A stretch of DNA of 64,000 nt. It comes from Eledone cirrhosa. Lineage: Eukaryota. The stretch covers positions 5,270,001 to 5,334,000 of the forward strand of contig OZ024740.1 of the NCBI GenBank assembly GCA_964016885.1. Reading direction: 5' to 3'. Shown here piece after piece: positions 50,287 to 57,879 of the stretch (the first letter of the stretch is position 1; every line of letters starts with the position of its first letter). A program made the position numbers and the translations under genes. The notes beneath the pieces were generated by a model. The model did not search any database, was not told where the DNA came from, and worked only from the letters and a program-made list of their open reading frames with translations.

Positions 50287-52051
50287 GGAAACTATAGAGG
50301 TATAAAGTGAGGAAACTATAGAGGTATAAAGTTGATGGAACAGGTCATGAAAGTAACAGAAAGAGTTATAGCACAGCTGATTAGGGACCGGGTGAAAATA
50401 GACGAGATGCAATTTGGGTTTGTACCAGGAAGAGGCACCACTGATGCCCTCTTCCTTGTGAGGCAATTACAGGAAAAGTACCTAGTTAAAAGTAAGCCAC
50501 TCTACTTGGCATTTGTCGACCTTGAGAAAGCCTTTGACAGAGTTCCACGTGCTGTAATCTGGTGGGCTCTTAGAAAACTAGGAGTAGATGAATGGCTTGT
50601 GAAAGCGGTACAAGCCATGTATAGGGGAGCAGTCAGCAAAGTTAGGATTAGCAATGAGTATAGCGAGGAATTTAGCGTACAGGTTGGGGTCCACCAGGGC
50701 TCTGTTCTTAGCCCTCTCCTGTTCATCATAGTCCTGCAGGCAATAACGGAGGAGTTTAAGACCGGATGCCCATGGGAACTCCTGTATGCTGATGACCTCG
50801 CACTCATAGCTGAATCTATGGTAGAACTAGAGAATAAATTCCAAACCTGGAAGCAGGGACTAGAAAGAAAGGGTCTCAAAGTCAACATGACAAAGACTAA
50901 GGTCCTTGTAAGTAGACGAGAAAACAGAACCCAGATCCCCTCAGGGAAATGGCCTTGCTCAGTATGTAGGAAAGGTATAGGTAGGAACTCCATTCTCTGC
51001 CCCAAATGCAAACAATGGGTACACAAGAGATGTAGCGGGATCTCAGGAAGCTTAATTAAGAATGTAGGATTCACATGCAGCAGCTGTGCTGAAACAGCAA
51101 GCAGCAAACAGCCACAGGAAACAAGTACCACCAATCTCTGGGAGGGCCCTGTAGAAACAGTAGACAGCTTCTGCTACCTAGGTGACCGAATTAGCAACGG
51201 AGGTGGGTGTTCAGAAAGTACAATAACTAGGGTAAGAACGGGATGGAAGAAGTTTAGGGAACTACTACCACTGCTAGCTGCAAAAGGCTTCTCCCTCAGA
51301 ATGAAAGGCAGACTGTATGATGCGTGTATCCGAACAGCAATGTTGCATGGTAGTGAGACCTGGGCACTGAAGGTGGAAGACTTACGTAGATTAGAGAGAA
51401 ACGAAGCCTGCATGCTCCGATGGATGTGTAACAGTAATATACGTGAACGACAAAGCATAAATGAATTGAGAGAGAGACTGAGCATAAGAGGAATCAAATG
51501 CTGTGTGCAGGTGAGGCGGTTGCGCTGGTATGGACATGTGATGCGTATGAAGGATGACAGCTGCATAAAAAGGTGCAGAGCACTAGAAGTTGATGGAAAC
51601 CGCGGAGTGGGGAGACCCAAGATGACCTGGGAGGAGGTGATAAAAGCCGACCTTACCCAATTACACCTCTCAAAGACAATGACACACGACCGTGACTTCT
51701 GGCGTCACGCAGTAATACAGAGTACCCGACCTCCCATGGGTACAAGCTGAAGCATATAGACAATATGCCCCCACACCCCCACCACAAGGTGGTCGTGGAG
51801 GTACCACGGCAAAAATGTACCCAGCCCACACTGTAAAGTGGACGTGTAGGCGCCACGAAAAAGCACCCAGCACTCACTGTAAATGAGGTTGGTGTTAGGA
51901 AGGGCATCCAGTTGTAGAAATCAAGCCAGATCAGCTCCTGTATGAGCAAGGCATGGTCAGCCGACCAGACACTGCCCACAACAGGACAACCCGTCTAACC
52001 CATGCTAGCGTGGAAGACCGGACGTAAAACGGTGATGATGATGATGATGAT
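50285..52051 (+). mobile_element. 5'-truncated RTE-clade LINE, copy 1, with 3' UTR and (GAT)n tail
   Basis: Begins at RGNYRGIKL in the RT. Open ORF to 51750, ~280-bp 3' UTR, (GAT)n at 52034-52051. Candidate TSD ATTAGA at 50281-50286 and 52050-52055. Confidence 0.95.
50332..51750 (+). CDS. RTE-type non-LTR reverse transcriptase, 5'-truncated (no APE domain), with an embedded PHD-type zinc finger
   Basis: 472-aa ORF with QFGFVPGRGTTDA, FVDLEKAFDRV, GVHQGSVLSPLLF, YADD (50785-50796), FCYLG, and the RTE C-terminal motifs RRLRWYGHVMRM and GRPKMTW. Confidence 0.93.
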   Translation: MMEQVMKVTERVIAQLIRDRVKIDEMQFGFVPGRGTTDALFLVRQLQEKYLVKSKPLYLAFVDLEKAFDRVPRAVIWWALRKLGVDEWLVKAVQAMYRGAVSKVRISNEYSEEFSVQVGVHQGSVLSPLLFIIVLQAITEEFKTGCPWELLYADDLALIAESMVELENKFQTWKQGLERKGLKVNMTKTKVLVSRRENRTQIPSGKWPCSVCRKGIGRNSILCPKCKQWVHKRCSGISGSLIKNVGFTCSSCAETASSKQPQETSTTNLWEGPVETVDSFCYLGDRISNGGGCSESTITRVRTGWKKFRELLPLLAAKGFSLRMKGRLYDACIRTAMLHGSETWALKVEDLRRLERNEACMLRWMCNSNIRERQSINELRERLSIRGIKCCVQVRRLRWYGHVMRMKDDSCIKRCRALEVDGNRGVGRPKMTWEEVIKADLTQLHLSKTMTHDRDFWRHAVIQSTRPPMGTS

Positions 52052-52082
52052 TAGAATATTAATGTTAATAAAATAGATATTC

Positions 52083-52135
52083 ATTTTATTATACATATTT
52101 CAGATGTACAACCGTACGTCCTCATCAGACAAAAT
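52083..52135 (-). ncRNA. Decayed hammerhead ribozyme motif (PLE-type)
   Basis: Minus strand reads ATTTTGT-CTGATGA-GGACGTAC(GGTT)GTACATCT-GAAA-TATGTATA-ATAAAAT. The stem II mismatches are explained by CpG decay of GTACGTCC. Confidence 0.6.
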
Positions 52136-52308
52136 ATAATGATATATGACATACCCTGAGATGTTAAATGGTTAATATTAATATTAATAATTTATTAATA
52201 TTTATATTCTAATATTAATAACTCCGGAAAATTATTTTATCGCAGAGTGCTTCCACTCTACTGTAAAACTCATTCTTTGATATACTCATTGAATTTTGTT
52301 TAACTCTT

Positions 52309-52309
<1 letters not shown>

Positions 52310-52360
<51 letters not shown>
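52310..52360. repeat. (AT)n microsatellite
   Basis: Direct. Confidence 0.95.
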
Positions 52361-52366
<6 letters not shown>

Positions 52367-52424
52367 TCCTTGAGCAAGACACTTTATTTCACATATGTCC
52401 AGTTCACTCAGCTGTAGAAATGAG
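52361..52424 (+). mobile_element. SINE central (CORE-like) domain fragment
   Basis: ccttgagcaagacacttta...ccagttcactcagctgtagaaatgag resembles the CORE-SINE consensus ccttgggcaagtcacttaac. Recognised from memory, not searched. Confidence 0.55.
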
Positions 52425-52464
52425 ATGATAGAGACCCCAGTGCCCCTGAGGGATCCCCTGCATG

Positions 52465-52805
52465 TAAAATTCCCAAGATTCTTGGACGAGTTCTCTCCAG
52501 CGGTCTCTGTCCCTCATTATCGCTGCCATGTCCTGCATCTCCAAGAGACCAGTGTCTGTCTTTAGGGCATCAATATATGTTAACCTCGCTCTTCCTCTTC
52601 CAGTGTGTCCATGCAGGGGATCCCTCAGGGGCACTGAGCGCAGTGTCAACTCTGGATGTCAGTGAGCATGTCCAGCTAACCTCAGTCTCCTCTGTGTCAT
52701 TTTTGAGCTGACTTTTGGGAGGCTCCCGTACAGCTCTTCATCCTCAGTGTATACTGATTAATGTTCAGAGCCATCCTCAGCATTCTCATATAGCACCCAT
52801 CCACC
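52465..52805 (-). mobile_element. C-terminal fragment of a second, different RTE-like LINE family
   Basis: Minus translation, with a frameshift and a stop: VDGCYMRMLRMALNI...ELYGSLPKVSSKMTQRRLRLAGHAH*HPEL...HGHTGRGRARLTYIDALKTDTGL...MRDRDRWRELV. Confidence 0.85.
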
Positions 52806-52959
52806 ATTTGTTTTGCAAGGTGTTTGATATGAAATCGTGTGTCGAAACAAATATTGTTCAATCAAAGATAGAGAAGCGAAAACCAACCCAAACCAAAAAT
52901 TGAGTGTGTTCTGTTGTTATTTCTGGCAATATTATAACAATATGACCCTCCCCAAGTAT

Positions 52960-53007
<48 letters not shown>

Positions 53008-53236
53008 ATACTTTGGGAGGCTCATGTTGCCAATAAGAAACACACGCACCAGTTGCTTTCACTTCAATTTATTAGAAATTAAATTTATAAATTTCGGAAT
53101 TTATAATAAATTGAAGTGAAAGCAACTGGTGCGTGTGTTTCTTATTGGCAACATGACCCTCCCAAAGTATAACAATATCGGTTTTAACACACGTTTTCAG
53201 ATAAAGAATCTTGCTAAACAAATTCAGAAACGAAAT
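52806..53236. mobile_element. Cluster of Penelope-like pLTR/ORF-start fragments in alternating orientation around (AT)n
   Basis: 53001-53074 and 53104-53177 form a 74-bp inverted repeat (1 mismatch) matching ~50172-50256. 52941-52966 is a related ATGACCCTCCCCAAGTATAACAATAT end. 52806-52858 (minus) is a diverged copy of 53171-53223. Confidence 0.8.
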
Positions 53237-53254
53237 ATATATATATATATATAT

Positions 53255-54360
53255 AAGAATATAGATTTTATATGTGGCCGGTGCTCTGGTGCAATAAGTA
53301 GCAGCAAGTGCCCACAGAATACTAGCTCATTCCATTGCCCAGATGGTTCTATAGAAATAGTGGACACCTTCCGTTACCTGGGCGACAAAATCAGCAGTGG
53401 TGGAGGGTGCTCTGAAAGTACAGTAGCCAGAGTCCGAGTGGTGTAGTGGTATAAGCTCTCTGGAAAAAGTTCAGCGAGCTTATACCACTATTGGCCGCTA
53501 AAGGTTTCTCTCTAAAAATAAAAGACAGGCTGTATGATGCCTGCATACGAACAGCAATGTTACATGGCAGTGAGACCTAGGCATTGTGTGCAGAGGATAT
53601 ACGCAGACTGGAGAGGAACGAAGCTTGCATGCTCCGTTGGATGTGTAATAGTAATATACGCGAACGGCAAAGCATAAATGAACTAAGTGTGAAATTAGGA
53701 ATAAGAGGGATCAGATGCTGTTTACTCGAGAGAAGACTACATTGGTATGGTCACGTGATGCGCATGAAAGATGACAGCTGTATAAAAAATGCAGGGCGAT
53801 CAAAATAGATCGTAGCCACGGAGTAGGCAGACCCAGAAAAACCCGGGACGACTTGATAAAATCCGACCTTACTCACTTACACCTCTCCAAGACAATGTCA
53901 CTGGACCGAGATCTTTGGTGCTACGTAGTAATAGAGAAGACCCGCCTTGACTCAGGACAAAGCGAAACCTACAGTCAGTAGGCACCTCTTAACCAAAAAT
54001 ACACCACCACCACCACCCCCATCCCACTACTCCTATCCCCACCGCCATCTACACCATCCCTTTCGATTATAAAGTCATATTGGTACCACAACATCCAGTC
54101 CTAAAAAAATGAGGTCGTGTAGGTGTCTCGAGAAAAAAACACGCAGTCTACGCTGTAATGTGGTCGTGTAGGCAACACGGTAAAAACCTCCCAGTCCACA
54201 CTGTAAACGTGGTTGGTGTTAGGAAAGGCATCCAGCCATAGAAAACCCGCCAGACAGTTCTGAGCAAGACAACCAATCTTGCCTCAAGTGGGACAATTCC
54301 CATCCAGACCCATGTTAGCATGGAAGATGGACGTTAAACGATGATGATGATGATGATGAT
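53255..54360 (+). mobile_element. 5'-truncated RTE-clade LINE, copy 2 (pseudogenised), flanked by (AT)n on both sides
   Basis: Homologous to copy 1 (FICGRC...FRYLGDKISSGGGCSES...RRLERNEACMLRWMC...RRLHWYGHVMRM), with stops and frameshifts, a 3' UTR and a (GAT)n tail ending at 54360. Confidence 0.95.
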
Positions 54361-54477
54361 ATATATATATATACATATATATATATGTATGTAAAAGGTA
54401 AACAGAAATAACAACACAATCGGTACAACATATGGAAGGTATATATTAGGTTAACACTTGATATAGCAGGAAGAGGG

Positions 54478-54513
54478 TCTTAATGTTTCGGACGCTAGTC
54501 CTTCATCAGAAGA
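54478..54513 (-). ncRNA. Minimal hammerhead ribozyme motif (PLE-type)
   Basis: Minus strand reads TCTT-CTGATGA-A-GGAC(TAGC)GTCC-GAAA-CATT-AAGA. Core and stem II are intact. GAAACATT is probably CpG-decayed GAAACGTT. Confidence 0.75.
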
Positions 54514-55057
54514 AAGAATGAGAAATAAGATAGATTGAAGGGATGGGCAGGTTGGAATTGGAAAAAAATGTCTTTAGATAAAAATAACAGGTCCATGTTG
54601 ACATCTCTTGCAAAACTGTTGGTGCTAGCATTTGTGTATGATTTATTTTTTTAGAAAAGTGGATGATGGATCGCGTCTACCTGAAATGGAAAAAAAAAAC
54701 GTTTTGTAAAACGAGCTATACTTGTGCACGTACGTAAGCATGTGTGTGTGTGTTGTTATACGTCCATACAAAGCTAAGAAGAAATGTTTGTGTATATATG
54801 AGTATGTATATATATTGTGTGGCTGTTCGCTTGAAAATAAACATTTCCCAGTTTTTCTGAGCTCCCCCTACAGACTCCCCTTCATAATGGATGGTAAATC
54901 CGAAAATACTTGGGATCATTGCCAAGGTAACTCTTCCTATCGTCCTCAATCTTTTACTTTAATTCAGTTTTTATTTTCTTATTCTACTTTTTTATTACCT
55001 TCGTATTTTACCAAACATCATTGTCAGGCATTCAAATAACAAAACTCATTCCTTATG

Positions 55058-55140
55058 ATCATCACCGTTTAATGTTTATATTTCCCCACTGGCATGGGTT
55101 AGACGAGTTATCCTGTTGTGAGCAATGCCAGGTCAGATGA
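55058..55140 (-). mobile_element. RTE 3' terminal fragment
   Basis: The reverse complement (...cacaacaggataactcgtctaacccatgccagtgggg...aaacggtgatgat) aligns to 51957-52040. Confidence 0.85.
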
Positions 55141-55145
55141 TGTGA

Positions 55146-55250
55146 TGTGTGTGTATATATGTGTGTGTGTGTGTGTGTGTGTAAGTGTGTGTGTGTGTGT
55201 GTGTGTATGTGTGTGTGTGTGTATGTGTGTGTGTGTAAGTGTGTGTGTGA
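55146..55250. repeat. (GT)n microsatellite, imperfect
   Basis: Direct. Confidence 0.95.
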
Positions 55251-55579
55251 GAGAAAGAGAGTGTGCATGCACATATGTATTAATACTAATTGTTACTTAA
55301 TCTTTACTTTAAAGTTTTGCCGATGTTATTGTCTTATCAAAACTCTTTTGATGAGCCAATAACGTCATTGAAGTTTCAAAGTAAACATTAAACATTAATA
55401 ACAAATGTTATATTGAATCCATACACTATATATGAGTCCATAATCTAAAAGCAGGCAATATAGGGTTTGAGAGAACCCTTCAATTTGGATGAGAAGATAA
55501 AATATACCCAGTACACCCTGCAAAGTGTGATTGGAATGATATCAATTTATTGTATACATCAGCTGATTAGCACACAATT

Positions 55580-55871
55580 TAATATACATACATACACACT
55601 CACATAGACACACACACACACATATATATATGAGGTCTTAATATGTGTATGTATGTGTATTGTGTGACTGTGTGACAGTAAATGTGATGTCTGTATGGTT
55701 GTATATAAGTATGAATATATATATATGTATGCATGTGTGTGTGTATACATGTATATATACACATACATTTATGTACACATACATACATACATATATAAAT
55801 ATATATATGTTCAACCCTTGCAAGCAGGGAAAAGCGGACGTAAAATGATGATGAGGATGATGATGATGATG

Positions 55872-55904
<33 letters not shown>

Positions 55905-56086
55905 TACATGCACACACACACACACACACACATACATACATATATATATTTATATATATATCTATATATATACATATATATTGATACATAGAGACATCGC
56001 AAATAATATCACACAGTCACACACAGTCACACACACCACGCATACATACACACCACACACACATACACACCACACACACATACACA

Positions 56087-56131
<45 letters not shown>

Positions 56132-56245
56132 ACATACACACACACACCACACATACACACACATACACACACATACACTCACATGTAGTGCACCCGAGCA
56201 CTTTACACAATAATTTCATTATTATTATACACACCACACACACAT
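55580..56245. repeat. Compound (CA)n/(TA)n/(TG)n low-complexity region
   Basis: Direct. Confidence 0.9.
55810..55873 (+). mobile_element. RTE/SINE 3' terminal fragment with (GAT)n tail
   Basis: tcaacccttgcaagcagggaaaagcggacgtaaaatgatgatg matches the RTE 3' ends elsewhere in the window. Confidence 0.75.
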
Positions 56246-56450
56246 TAAGATTTCATGCCTGGTTATCTTTAAAAAAGATGATAAATAGTAAAAGTGAAAA
56301 AGAAATGTCTTTGAGAAAGTATCAGTAAAGAAAATTGAAATGTCTAAGAAAATATACTATTTTTTTTTTCTTTCTTTGCCTAATTGGTTTCTTCCAACAT
56401 AGACACAAAGTTCACTGAACCAAATCTTATAGAGTTATGTACTAACTTAC

Positions 56451-56570
56451 AGACATCCATCTCAGCTGGATTACTTCTCATCTTTCATATAGTAATCTGC
56501 CTCACAGATGAAAATCTTCTGTAGAAGCTTTCTTAACACGATCTTATCAGAACCACTTTTCTAAACTGCA
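56451..56570 (-). other. Candidate 120-nt spliced exon (non-coding or 5' UTR/start exon)
   Basis: Minus strand: acceptor atttcag| at 56571-56577 and donor |gtaagt at 56445-56450, in non-repetitive sequence. Stops occur in all three frames. Confidence 0.3.
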
Positions 56571-56845
56571 CTGAAATATCACATCTAGAGACCAAGATGT
56601 AATCTAATGATTGTTTAATGGGGGGTGTGGGGAAAACAGAATGGTGTATGTATTACCCTGGAGAAGGGCAAGAGAAATATGTCAAAGGAACCAGTTTAAT
56701 TTTCAAGACTCCTTGAGAATGAATCCTTGAAATTAAAGTCAATTGCAAGGCAGTTTGGGGGCACAGGGTATGGGATATTTCTACCACTATATGTTTGATT
56801 AGAAACTTATCAGAGAGAAGCTAGTATTTTGTCAGTGTGTAATAT

Positions 56846-57092
56846 ATGATGTGCATGGCCAATGACCACTGGATGAAGAAGTGCCAGGATATCTCAATGG
56901 AAGAAAACTGCAGCAGAGGTGGACCAAAAAAGACCTGGGCAGAGGTTGTGAGAGCTGACCTCAAATCGTTAAGACTCACAGAGGAGATGATGAAGGAATG
57001 CAATGAATGGAGAGATGCCATCCTGAGAAGGGCCCGTCAAACTCATGCAAGCATGGAAAAATGCATATATAAACAGTGATGGAGATAATGAT
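56846..57092 (+). mobile_element. Old RTE-clade LINE 3' fragment
   Basis: Translates as MANDHWMKKCQDISMEENCSRGGPKKTWAEVVRADLKSLRL...EWRDAI, followed directly by actcatgcaagcatggaaaa and a decayed GAT tail. Confidence 0.8.
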
Positions 57093-57149
57093 TAAATCTG
57101 GGTCTGATATTAGGGAAAGTATTGTTGTCTGTTGTATCTCAGATAAAGG

Positions 57150-57284
57150 CAGTGCCGGATTTACCATTGTGCTTAGGTGGGGTTCATCTTCCGGCCAAAA
57201 ATATTTTTACCTCATTCAGGACCCAAGTAAGGGGCCTCATAACTTAACTAACACAGGGTCTCATTTGTTCTATATCTGTCACTA
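57150..57284. mobile_element. 135-bp hAT-type MITE
   Basis: Imperfect TIRs CAGTGCCGGATTTA / TATATCTGTCACTA and a perfect 8-bp TSD GATAAAGG at 57142-57149 and 57285-57292. Confidence 0.8.
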
Positions 57285-57404
57285 GATAAAGGGTATACCC
57301 CATTGAAACAGGAAGATTGTAATGCTATCTGGTCTTCTGTCATCTCTTTAGTCAACTTAGCCTGTTTCAGCTGGGATGGGAAATCAGCTGAGACTAAGTC
57401 ACAT

Positions 57405-57620
57405 TTAACCCTTTAGAATTTAAACCGGCCACATCCGGCCAGAATTTTCTCACCTCTTTCAGTTCAAACTGGTCATAATTGGCTGCTCACATTAATGTTA
57501 AGGTATTGTTCTCAAAATAAATAATATCAAAATCTCATAGATTCAATATTATGTGAGATAATTATGTGAGGTAAAGCCTTTTCTGTGAAAATGCAATAGT
57601 AAATATAGAATGATGATATT
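57405..57620 (+). mobile_element. piggyBac-like MITE fragment (left end only; right boundary approximate)
   Basis: A TTAA-CCCTTTAG terminus followed by internal aaaccggcca/tccggcc repeats. No matching right TIR was found. Confidence 0.5.
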
Positions 57621-57879
57621 TGTTACTGAAATATTAATCAATCCCCTGTCAATAGTTTAATGGCTAGGGACTTCAGTGATCATTGTTAAGAAATAAAGAG
57701 GTTCCTTGTTCAAATTCAGCTTGGACATGTCTAAAAAGTCAGAAAACAGTACAACTCCCATGATTTTCAGAAAAATTATTTCACACTCAGAGATCCTGAG
57801 GCATGGAACAATCTACCTGCACCTCATCTCCTTTTCCTCTTCTTTTATCTACATAAAATTATATGTCATACATATACTA

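Noticed and set aside
50502-51979. Minus-strand ORFs of 210, 148 and 108 aa
   Set aside because: Antisense shadows of the RTE ORF and UTR.
54815-54910. Possible mariner-like TIR (TATGAAGGGGAGTC on the minus strand)
   Set aside because: No partner TIR or TSD found.
55062-56328. His/Thr-, Cys/Val- and Ile/Tyr-rich ORFs
   Set aside because: Translations of dinucleotide microsatellites.
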